Shown here: positions 11,818 through 22,700 of the stretch, piece after piece
Layout of the letters: each line of letters begins with the position of its first letter
How positions within the stretch are numbered: the first letter of the stretch is position 1
From: Azolla caroliniana
Lineage: Eukaryota; Plantae; Polypodiophyta
Length of the DNA stretch: 64,000 bases
Assembly (NCBI GenBank): GCA_043228905.1
Contig: JBHGNT010000008.1
Location: 11,036,001-11,100,000 of the forward strand
Direction of reading: 5' to 3'
Made by a program: the position numbers and the translations under genes
The notes under the pieces: generated by a model
Databases searched by the model: none
Told to the model about the DNA's origin: nothing
The model's input: the letters and a program-made list of their open reading frames with translations, nothing else

Positions 11818-14502
11818 GTGAAAGCAAGGCGCGAAAAGGTACGTAGTGGGCATTTAAGAGACGCCACGCTACTTAATACTAAATTGGTACACGACGTGTG
11901 CATGCTCGAAAAAGGCGCCAAAACGCACAAAGAAGAAGCAGAACGCATGGAGACCTTTTCATTTCGCGAGCCAAGAAGCACAGAAGCACCAAGACAGTGG
12001 AAGCTGAGCAAACGCGAACCTGCACGCAGAGAACCCCCGCGCTCAGAACGCTCTCTCTCTCGCTCTCACTCTCATCACCACTCTACCTCGCCATCTTCCC
12101 TCGACCTTGAAGCAGACATGGAACCACAAACGCTGTCGGAAGCGGCCAGGAAATGGTTCAGGCAAAACGGACTGGAGGGGTTCTTGGCCATCATGGAGGC
12201 ACCGCCGCACAGAGAAGCCGACCGGGTCATCAAGGAGCTCGCCACAGAGGTTATCACCGAGGAGGCGATCCGCGCGCTAACAGGCCTTCCGGAGGGAGGA
12301 ATCTTTCAGATCGATAACCCAACCTCGGAGCAACTCATCCGATATTTCGGTGAGTACTCTGTTGCCGGCAAAGGCTATCGGACGCAGGGCGGCGAAGATC
12401 CGCTATTCAGGGAGATAGCTCGAGTGCTGCTGCTGGCGTCGAAGGCGACGAAAGGGAAGAAACGGGTCCCAGAACCGGAGGAGGTGTCACCGGTCCGACC
12501 CGTCAAGATAACCTTACGGAGACCGGGACAGAAGGAACCGGAACCCTTGACGGCACAGAAACATGCCGTGACACAGGAAGAGGAAACGGAGGAGCCAGAA
12601 GAGCACCTCCAACGACGGTCAAGAAGTAGGACCGCCGAGACAGGAGGGGAGCGGTCGTACCCGCGAGAGGCAGAAACGCCCCCAACTCAACCTGAGCAAA
12701 CCACAAGGGAAGAACCGGAACCGGTGCGTAGGGAACCGGTCTTGGCAACTTCTATAGAAGAAGTCATGCCAACGGCTCCGGAGACGGCGGGCACCGGAAC
12801 ACAACAGCCGGCGAGCACAGCCAGAGCACATGGCGGCCAAGGAGTAGAACCAGAACGGCATATGCAGGCACTCAGGCCAGACAATTCCACAGTGAATGAG
12901 CCGACCCGACCAGTACAGCAACAAGGCAGCGGTAGCATGTGGCTACGGTGGGTAGGCGAGCAAATCGCCGGAGTGGTCGAGTATATAGAGGCGGAAGAGA
13001 GAGCGCACCAGGAACGGTTGCTCGTCACAACCGTAGATCTAGAGACGGCCCGGTCCAGAATCCGGAACCTTGAACAAGACTTGGACAGGGTCACAAGGGA
13101 AACACAAGTCCAAGCACCGGTGACTCCGGGCAATGTACAGAATAAAGTGTCAGATCAACCTGTACATAGCAATCAGACCCCGGCAACGGAAACCGTTCCG
13201 GAGAGAAATGCGGCACAAGCCCAAGAGCTTGCGGATTTAAAGGATGAGCTTGCTGCCCAAGAAGCGCTGAGGAGCCGCGAAAGAGAATTGAAGACGGCAG
13301 CGGAGGCAGAACTCCAAAAGACTGCTGAGAATCTACGCCGGGCCGAGGAGGGCTTACGGAAAGGCCACCAAGCGTACGACCGGCTCAAGGAGGAGAAGGA
13401 GAAAATGCTGCAAGAGAAGGAGAGGCTCCGGAGGAACGCCGAAACAGAAGTAGAGCGCCTGAAAGAGGAACTCCGGCAGGTAAAGGACCGGGAGGACCGG
13501 AACCATCGCCAGATTAACGGCAAGCTCAAACTAAAAACAGAGGAATTTGAGAACTTGCACCGGGAGTATAAACGGTTGCAAACGGAGCACAAGGAACGGA
13601 TGGATGAGCTCCGGCAAGCAGTTGATCGGACCGCAACCGCATTCGCCAAGGAACAAGCGGAAAACAGAAGACGGTTGGAAGAGGCGGAGAAGGTTCGGAC
13701 AGAGCTCCTCAGGCAACAGCAGGCGGAAAAAGAAAGAGCGGCGGAGGTACTGCAGAGGCTGCAAACGACATATCAAGGGCAGCTGACGCGCTACAGGGAG
13801 CAGGCGGAGGATACGGCAAATCTCATTAAGCAGTTGAAGGAGGAGCGACAAGTGGTGGAAAGCAGAGCACAAATGGGAGCAAGTCGCATCCAGGATATAA
13901 TGCGGGCCTGGTTGAACCAGACCAAGAGCTTGATTGATAACGGGTCCGTCAAATGGTGGACCAAGTGGGCCACGAACGCGGCGGAACTCCAATTGCTCCG
14001 GGCTGACGTAGAGAACCGGCGGAAGGAGGGAGATGATTGCTATATGCTGACTTCCGAAGACTTCACCGGCATAAGAGATGAGCTTGCCGAAGACTTTCAA
14101 GCCTTGGCAGAGGACCAACTAGAGCAAGTCCGGCAACTTGTAGCTCAGCTGGACGACGACAGGCTGGAGGCGCAGATCCAGTTTGAAAGCTACGAGAGGT
14201 CCCGGATCCGGGGAGAGAAAGAACGAGAACCAGTTACGGTCAACCTCAGTGATGAGGAACCGTTACTGGAAGGAGACCGGACCGGAAGCAGTCAAACGGA
14301 GATGCCGGAGCCAGAGAGACAAACGGAGCAGTCGGAGTCAGCGAAACAAATGGAGCAGCAGCAGCAAGCAGAGCAGCCGGAGCAGCCTCAGGCCCAACCT
14401 CAACCACAGCAGCAGCAGGAAGCACAGCCGCAACAACCACAACCGAAAGAACAAGCGGAAATTCTTGAACCAAGTATTTTGGACAATTTGGGTGAACAAT
14501 GA
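11818..14502 (+). CDS. ORF2 accessory protein of C: conserved N-terminal domain, low-complexity linker, long coiled coil, Q/P tail; function unknown, start codon uncertain
   Basis: 894-aa open frame (track start is GTG; in-frame ATGs lie downstream). Homologues in D and H. Confidence 0.85.
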   Translation: MKARREKVRSGHLRDATLLNTKLVHDVCMLEKGAKTHKEEAERMETFSFREPRSTEAPRQWKLSKREPARREPPRSERSLSRSHSHHHSTSPSSLDLEADMEPQTLSEAARKWFRQNGLEGFLAIMEAPPHREADRVIKELATEVITEEAIRALTGLPEGGIFQIDNPTSEQLIRYFGEYSVAGKGYRTQGGEDPLFREIARVLLLASKATKGKKRVPEPEEVSPVRPVKITLRRPGQKEPEPLTAQKHAVTQEEETEEPEEHLQRRSRSRTAETGGERSYPREAETPPTQPEQTTREEPEPVRREPVLATSIEEVMPTAPETAGTGTQQPASTARAHGGQGVEPERHMQALRPDNSTVNEPTRPVQQQGSGSMWLRWVGEQIAGVVEYIEAEERAHQERLLVTTVDLETARSRIRNLEQDLDRVTRETQVQAPVTPGNVQNKVSDQPVHSNQTPATETVPERNAAQAQELADLKDELAAQEALRSRERELKTAAEAELQKTAENLRRAEEGLRKGHQAYDRLKEEKEKMLQEKERLRRNAETEVERLKEELRQVKDREDRNHRQINGKLKLKTEEFENLHREYKRLQTEHKERMDELRQAVDRTATAFAKEQAENRRRLEEAEKVRTELLRQQQAEKERAAEVLQRLQTTYQGQLTRYREQAEDTANLIKQLKEERQVVESRAQMGASRIQDIMRAWLNQTKSLIDNGSVKWWTKWATNAAELQLLRADVENRRKEGDDCYMLTSEDFTGIRDELAEDFQALAEDQLEQVRQLVAQLDDDRLEAQIQFESYERSRIRGEKEREPVTVNLSDEEPLLEGDRTGSSQTEMPEPERQTEQSESAKQMEQQQQAEQPEQPQAQPQPQQQQEAQPQQPQPKEQAEILEPSILDNLGEQ

Positions 14503-14535
14503 AGGGGCCGAGAAGGGTTCGACGTACAAGGTACT

Positions 14536-14552
14536 GTCCCACGGGCGTGCCA
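14536..14552 (-). promoter_or_regulatory. Inverted PBS-like site (tRNA-Arg 3'-end copy) at the PPT position of C
   Basis: Plus strand reads GTCCCACGGGCGTGCCA, then TG, then the LTR. Minus strand reads LTR-ca-TGGCACGCCCGTGGGAC. Confidence 0.75.
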
Positions 14553-14554
14553 TG

Positions 14555-14973
14555 TGTTACCGGCCGGCAAGGAGTCCAAAATACGGAGTGAAGGAATTAA
14601 TTAGATATGGTTGTAAATGAGCATAGTGTGGACGGACGGACTGGAAACGGTATGCCGTTCCAGATCCGGACGGATCCCGAATAGGTGCGAGAGGCACCGT
14701 TTTGTACTACGGGCCGGAAACCTATTTAAAGGCCCGGACCCTATTGTAAGGACAGCGGATAATTAATACAGTTTATGATGTTTACACTTCTGTCTTGATT
14801 TCCGTTCTGCAATCACTGTTATATCTTACGCGTGTAATTAACCAAGCAATCTAATCGCATAACCTACGTAAGTTGGTGTAATCGTTGAATCTTAATCCTA
14901 TGCCGTAATCACCCTTTGGTGAAGTGTCTCCGTGACACCTTGTGTTAGGCCTTGTCCGGCTAAGAGAATAACA
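14555..14973 (+). repeat. 3' LTR of element C
   Basis: Direct repeat of 5413-5831, followed by TSD CCGTA. Confidence 0.97.
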
Positions 14974-15809
14974 CCGTAAGGTACTATTGTATGATCGGCT
15001 TGAGCTTTTTGCCTGCTTGGTACTCATGCAAGCCTTCCCTTAACACTGACCCTGTGATGGCCCCCCAGTCGACGGCACACCCTTCAAAGGTATCGATAAT
15101 GATGCCCGTCTTTTGCTTAGGCATCCCATATGCGTTGACATGTACGCAACCGACTTCTAGCAGGAACTTGGCAATTTCTCGGAAGAAGGGATCCGGAATC
15201 TGCTTTGTTCTATAGGCCTTGGCGGAGGAGGAATATGGACCAAAATATCGCTGCAGCGCCTCTACCAGAGGTATTTCGAAATGTCTTTCGCCTAGTGAGG
15301 ATAGGTCCAACTTCTTCCGGATGGAAGAGTTGGTGACCGTGTCAATGTTAAGCTTCCTGGCGATGTCCATTGTGTCCGGGTGTGGAGGTGCTTCTACGAC
15401 ACGGATGTACCCATCCAGGCGTTTCTCCACGAGCCATCGGCGTAGGGCAGTAGAGATGAAGATCGACATTGCCAAAGTATGTTCGTGGGAAGGAGACAGG
15501 TGGTTGCGGTGGGATGGAGCTCTGTGATAGGATGGGGGAGAAGGCGAGGGGGAGGAGCGATGTGGGCGCTGATAGCTAGAAGACGGGTTTTTGTTCTGTG
15601 CAGAAAATCTTTTGTTTCCTTCTATTTGTGGCTTAGGGTTCATTGGGCGGTGAGCCATCGTGGTGCCGCGTGTTCTTGAACTAGGAGTTTGTGCATGCCT
15701 TTAGTCGTTTTAATAGTCGCTATCTTCTCCTTTTTTTCCTTTTTTTTTTTTTTTTTTCGTAACGGTTATTTACCTATTTTTACATTATAATACAAGTGGG
15801 GCCGTCCAT

Positions 15810-18800
15810 TTTACGCTGTGGGTTCTCCGGCTCTATCCCGTTCGGCGGTGAATGGGTTAGGTAGCGTAGGGCCCAGGTAAGGTTTGAGCTGAAAGCCATT
15901 CACCTTTTGCCGTACTATTTCTCCGGCCAGCGTACCTAGTTGGAACGTGCCTTGTTCCGCTCCAATTATCTAGTATGGGCCGGTCCAATGGAATCGTAAC
16001 TTCCCCGGCATATGGCCCATGCGCGTTTGGAAAACTAGCATCGCTCGACCCACGGCGAACTCCTTTTCCCTTGCGTTCCGATGTCGATCCACAAACACTT
16101 TACGCCATTGTTGTTCCTACTCTAGCACTGCCATGCTGTGGATGCGTTTTTCCCCTAGTTCGAGGAGTTGGTAGAGCCGTATCTCCTCCGACTTGGCTTC
16201 TGATAGTCGGTTCCGTACCTGAATTCGCAAACTAGGTATCTGAAATTCGACCGGTATCACTGCCTCCAGCCCAAACGCTAGTCAAAACGGTGTTGATTGT
16301 ATGCTTGTTTTGTAGCTGGTTCTGTACACCCATAACGCACTCTGTAATTTGGTATCCCAGTCCGTTCTATTTTCATTGACGATTTTCTTCAAAATGGTTT
16401 ATAACGTCTTGTTGGTGGATTCTGCTAATCCATTCGCCTGCGGATAATATGGCGTGCTCTTCTTATGGACTATGGCGTAATGATGTGTTAGTTCCCGAAC
16501 CACCGTATTGAGAAAGTGACTCCCCTAGTCACTAATGAGCTCAATCGGGCAGCCGAACCAGCACTAGATGTGCTCGTAAAGGAACCTGGTTGTGACGGTC
16601 GCCGTATTTTCACGTAGGGCCTTTGCTTCTACCCATTTGGTGCAGTAATCCGTGGCTACCAATATGTGTTTATTGCCCGTCCGGGCCGCCGCTGGTGTGA
16701 AGGGCCCCACAAAATCCAATCCCCACTTTTGGAAGGGGTCTAGTGGTAATACGGGCTAGTGTGGCATCCTTGCGCCTTCCGCGGGTTGTCCCATCCGTTG
16801 ACACAAATCACACTTTCGACTATACTCAGATGCGTCCTTCTGCGTTGTTGGCCACCATAGGCCTGGCTGCCATCCTTTCCGGGCTGTAACGTCGCCCGCG
16901 TAATGGCCGCCTTTCGTGCCGCAATGTCCCTCCCGTAAAACTGCTTCCTTCTCATCTTGACGTACCCCACGTCGCCAAATGCCGTCACTTCCTTTGTGAT
17001 ATAAAACGCCTTCGACGAGGCAGAAGTGACGGCTTCGGACAACTAGTCGTTTCTTTTCGTCCGTGCGTAATTGTGGTGGAGGCAGTCCCGTAGTTAAGAA
17101 GTATGTCATTTCCATAAGCCATCGGTCCGGAAAGGTCGATTCCGTTCTGTCGGCTAATGTCGCTACCCGCAGGATGTCGGCGTCCGGAAAATTGTCGTCA
17201 TATTTCTGTATTGTTTCTCCATTCTCGAGTCTGCTCAAAAAATCTGTCATTGTGTGTTGCGTCCCTGGTCGGTGCTGGATTACGAAATCGAATTCCTGGA
17301 GCAACAACATCCACCGCGCCAATTTCCCTGTTAGGGTTTGTTTCTCCACCAAATACAGAAGTGTCGAATGATCCACATGGAACGTGAATTTCCTTCCTAA
17401 TAAATAGTGTCAGAATTTATTAATGCTATAGATCATCCCTAACGCCTCCTGCTCTGTTGTGGAGTAGTTACGCTCTACTATTGATAATTTGCGACTAGCG
17501 TAGTATACTGGCCAGTACCAACTTGGTTCGGTGACCTGCATTAGTGCACTTCCTATTGCTATGTCCGAGGTGTCGACGAACACGTGGAATGGCTTCGCCC
17601 AGATTGGTGGTTGTACGACGGGAGCTTGTGTGAGCATTATCTTAAGTGCCTCGTAGGCCTTATCCTCCGTTGCAGTCCATTGGAAAGGAGTCCGATGTAC
17701 GACAGCGTGTAACGGCGTGGCGAAGTCTGCCAAATACCGTATCATCCGACTATGCCACCGTATTTGCCCCAAAAACCGGTTGAGTGATTTGGCGTTTGTC
17801 GGAGTGTTAGCTTGCGTAATCGCGGAGATTTTGTTCGGGTCAACCGCTATTCCCTCCTTGCTAACTATATGGCCCAAGAGAGTCCCGCTGGTCACGCCAA
17901 AAGAACATTTTGCGGGATTCAGGCTTAAGCGTGCGGTGCGGCAACGTTCTAGGCACAGTTGTAAGTGCGAAAAATGGTCTATTGTTTTCCCATATACCGC
18001 AAAGTCATCTAAAAAAACTTGCATGAACGCCGGAATGTATTCCCCAAATATCTCCGTAATTGTCCGTTGAAATGTTGCTGGAGTTGTCTTTAGCCCGAAC
18101 ATCATGATGACTGCCACATATACTCCCCAGTCCGTGACAAATGTCGTCTTCTCTTGGTCCTCGAGATGCATGCGTACCTGATTATAGCCACTGAAGCCAT
18201 CTAAACAACTGTACATCTCATGGCCTACGACGGCGTCCAGTACGCTATCGGTGAAGGGTAAGGGAAATGCGTTCATAATGGTGACGGCGTTTACTTTTTG
18301 GTAATCTACGCATACCCGTATTTTGCCGTTTTTCTTTGGAACGACCACTATCGGGCTTAACCATGTCGCTTGTTTAACTGGTCGTATGAACCCCGCCTTC
18401 AGGAGTTTGTCAATTTCTTCTTTCACGATGGCGTTTCTGGACGGGTTTCGCGTCGGTTGCTAAATTGATCTTATGCTGATAGAACTTGGGATCTAACCCC
18501 TTCATGTCCTCGTGAGCCCAAGCGAACACATCCTTATATTCCGTGAGTAGTCCGATCATCGTTTTTCGCTGGTCCGACCGTAATTCTTTTGCGATGGAGA
18601 GGAAACGCGGCGCCGATTCCGTACCCATATTTACTTCTTCGAGGGCGGAAGCAGTGACTCGTCGAGAAATCTCCATTTCCCTTTCGAATGTTGCCCGTGC
18701 TCTTCTGAGTTCCAATATGGACTCTAGGTTTGGTTCGTAAGGCTCATGGTGGAGAACAGTGGTCGTGGCATATTCTGTCGCGGTATGCCTCCAATTCTGC

Positions 18801-19190
18801 ATCCTCCACCCCAGCCAGCATATTTATATCTTCTGCGTATAGTGTAGTTATACCCTTCGGTTGTGGCGTGCTTCCTTCCGTAGGTACGCGAACCTTGGTG
18901 CGTCCGTGTCGGAAACTAATACACTTGTGTTGCCAGCTCTGCTTGATATTTGCTGCTCGAAGCCATCGTCTGCCCAAAAGCACTCGGTACGCCCCTGGGG
19001 CGTCCAAGGCGAGGACGACCACCGAGATGTCAATTCGGTGTCCGCCCACGATAATGCCGAATTTTCGAATTAATCCTACTGGTCGTACTGAGCGGGCATT
19101 CGCCATTCGGAGCCAGAATGGGCAAGCCTCGCATTCTGAAATGCCTAGCTACTCGCAAGTTTTCGTGCTAATGACATTGACGCCTGATCG
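15810..19190 (-). pseudogene. Disrupted pol of element D
   Basis: ORFs 18744-19106 (protease end), 17410-18426 (RT/RH, FLDD) and 16756-17376, plus integrase remnants with stops. Internal deletions near 18426 and 19190. Confidence 0.9.
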
Positions 19191-19793
19191 TAACGCCGGT
19201 GATCCCCATATTGCCGTGGCTTACCACGGTAGCCATTGAAGCCGCCCCGTTTGTTTGTCGGCCGTTGATTCTCGTAGCGCCGACCCCCTTTGGCGTAACT
19301 CGGATGCCCACGATAATCCTCATCCTCTGGGTCGTTCTCCTCGGAATCGTTGTGATTTCGGCGATTACGGTTGTACCAGTCCTCCCATGGGTTGCGATCC
19401 TTATACCGGGGTCGGTCTTCTTGCCTCCTTTGTTCAGCTCGGTGTGGTTGACGTTGTGTGTCCATGCTGCGGACTACAGGAGTGGCTCTGTTTAACATAT
19501 GATGGGAACCCAACATTCCTTATGCGCGACGCTCGGCCACAACCAAGCTTAGAATGATACACAGAAAACGGGAAATAAAAAAAAACACGACACAAAGAAG
19601 AAGAGAATACACAGGAGGTTTACGTGGAAAACCCCAAACTAGGGAAAAAACCACGGCAGCCCACAGGCTGCAAACTGTCACTATGTAATAATATACAACA
19701 GTGAGCTCACTGAGGCATCGACCTCGTGCTCACAGATCTTCGCCACAAGTGGCGGTTACAACGGAGGCAACGACCTCTTTCTCTCTCTCTCTC

Positions 19794-22700
19794 CTTCGAG
19801 GAATGGATGGGGACCCCATCTATCTCGATGAAGACCTCACTAAGATGCAAATTGAGCATCGCAAGAGTTGTATGCCACGAGTTATGCAAGCTCGTAAAGA
19901 AGGCCATCGCGCCTTTTACCGAGACGGGGGAGTGATCATAAATGATCGCACTACTAACTGACGGCGTGTGGCCCATGTGACAGAAAATGCACTTAGGATG
20001 ACCCTATGGAATTGTAATGGCGCACTCTGGGCACACCCCGGCCGCCTAGAGGAGATACTAAAGGTATCTGATATACTTTTCTTGGTAGAAACACATCAGA
20101 GCCCAAATAGAGGACTCCCACGGGTCGAAGGATTCCGTTGGGAGTCCGCTTTTAGACAAACCTCACGTCGACACACTACTAGGGGATCTGGAGGTGTCGC
20201 GATACTATTTCGTAGAGAGCTACATAATAGGATAGAAATAATGAAGATAGACCCAGAAGCTCGTTTTATGTGGGTGAAAGTCTCCACAAGCAAAGACCAT
20301 GCAGTATTTTTCGCCATTTGTTACTTTCCCCCAAAAGGATCCCGTTATAATATTAGTGGCTTGACGAGATTAGTCGATGAAGGAATGCCACATGGGCCTT
20401 CTCCATACGAACCCCTATCGGATGACATAATCCGATATTCTTCCCAAGGAGAAGTATTTCTTGTAGGAGACTTCAATGCGAGAACCCAATCCCGACAATG
20501 CACAGTATTTCAGATGAATAGAAACCTAGAAATGGTAAATGTTGATCCTTTAGACATAGGCACCACACGTAGATCAAAGGATCAAGGTGCGGACGCCACG
20601 AGCTTTGGCCATCACCTGCTCGAACTTGGCAGTCGGCACCAGATGGTCATATATAATGGTTTAGCTAAGTGGCCGGGCTCGGAAGAGCTCACATGTTTCC
20701 CACATGGAGGAGGGGAAAGCACAGTTGACTATCTAATAGGGCGCCCGACAGCTACCCACTTGATTAACTCCTTCCGAGTGGCCCCATGCCCTATTGGCGC
20801 AGACCATAGCTTCTTATACTTCGAGCTAAAATGTGATATCTCTAAGGTCACCAAGTCTAGTCAACCATGCCATCACACCACAATACATTTCACACATGAG
20901 CTCTCTGACATATACTCTCAACATGTTCAGGCCCATCTCCCCTCCATTGATCCCTCTCTACCGTTAGAAAGCCTTAGTACAAAACTCACACACATCCTTC
21001 ACTCCGCAGCAGCTAGCAGTTTCCCATATACAAAACACTCAAATCAAGGTAGATCAGGATCAATGCCACAAAATAAATGGTATGACGAGGATTGTAGGGA
21101 CCTACATAGACAACTTGCAGTATCGCAACTCAATGGTAGTATTACCTCCACACAAGCTCGCAAAGAAATGCGTAAGATGACACGTCGTAAGAGACGAGCA
21201 TGGGAGGCATCCCAATACTGGGAACTCTACCATATGCTCATGAGTAGCGATTGCGCCACGGCATGGAAGAGACTACGGGAGCCAAGACCACAAACACCCA
21301 TCGAAGATCCCGAAACTTGGCACACATATACAGAGAGACTTTACCAAATCCCAAACCAACCACCTTTTCCAATGCCTTCCCAACCCCGGCCTACCACGGG
21401 GACACTTTTCACGACCTCTAGGGTCATGAAGGTCATAAAGAAATTACAACATAGGAAGTCCATGGACCACACAGGATTGCGAGCAGAACACATTATATAT
21501 GCGAGAGAGTGCCTAGCTCCCTTGCTAACTCTAATCTTCAACCGTGCCCTTGCGGAGGGTTTTCCACCACAGTGGACTATGAATACAGTGACCCCCATAC
21601 ATAAAGGGGGGGACCCCATGGACCCAAATACATATAGGACCATTATGATAGGCCATACCCTTGCTAAGTTATATGGTGCAGTAATGGAAGCAGAGCTTAG
21701 CGACTACATGGAGACCCTAAACCTTCGTGCACCTGAACAAGCTGGCTTTAGACGAGCCTTCTCCACTATTGATCACATCTTCACACTTAGATGCCTAATT
21801 GACCAAACTAGGGTTCGCAAGAAGAGATTATATTGTTGTTTTGTGGACTTCCGCAAAGCCTTTAACACAGTCCCTAGAGATCGGTTGTCTGATAGACTTA
21901 AAAGCTTGAGGATACCAGATGATATGGTATGGGCCATCTACGCACTATATGAACAAGTGTCCGGGTGTGTCCGATGCCCAGGTGGCCTATCCAATCGTTT
22001 CACTAGCACTATTGGTGTAAAACAAGGTTGCCCCCTATCACCGACGCTTTTTGGGATTTACATTGATGAGATCACAGATTTTATTGCTCGTGAGGGAGGC
22101 ACCGGAGTGGTCCTTGGGGATACGCAGGTTCGTATCCTGCTCTATGCGGATGACATAGTTTTGCTCTCTGAATCCGAACACGACCTACAGAGGCACCTCA
22201 ATGCCTTAGATGACTTTTGTGTACAACGAGGATTGGTAGTGAATCTAGGGAAAACGAAAGTCCTTATCTTCCACACATCGGCCCAAGTTAGAGCTAAGTG
22301 TCACCTAACTATCTCCCATAGCCCAGTCGAGGTGGTTGGATCGTACGTATATCTCGGAGTCACTTTTAGTGCCCGCTCAGGTAAATTTTCGATGACACAG
22401 GCAGCGAAGGATAGACTCACGAGAGGACATGCATCCCTCTCACTCCTAGAGAGACAATGCCACCAACCACACTTTCAAGAGCCACGGACTAAAGGGTGGC
22501 TCTTTGACTCATTAGTGACCCCCTCCCTCATGTATGCATCTGCGGTTTGGGCTCCAGGGTTACCATCCTTCATGTGGACGCAATTAGAGAGACCATTGGT
22601 GATGATGCTATCACGCCAACTCCGAAGCAAATCGACTGTACCACATGACATTATTAGGGCCGAGTTCACGTTACCCCCAATGCTAGTAGAGGCACGTTTT

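Larger units (their letters stand above)
5413..14973 (+). mobile_element. Intact young Ty3/gypsy LTR retrotransposon C (non-chromovirus, Athila-like pol, extra ORF2)
   Basis: 419-bp LTRs (TG...CA) with 2 mismatches by eye, 5-bp TSD CCGTA (5408-5412 and 14974-14978), PBS, open gag-pol and open ORF2. Confidence 0.97.

Noticed and set aside
14501-14517. GAAGGGGCCGAGAAGGG as the PPT of C
   Set aside because: It is interrupted by pyrimidines, lies 37 nt from the LTR and is not conserved in sequence in H. A standard PPT must abut the LTR. Kept only as an alternative hypothesis.
6310-14553. Antisense ORFs of 60-195 aa inside element C, and similar ones across the window
   Set aside because: Shadow frames of GC-rich coding sequence with no motifs and no conservation of frame between copies.
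19701-19961. Novel 86-aa gene
   Set aside because: Chance in-frame fusion of LTR sequence with the truncated LINE ORF1 end.
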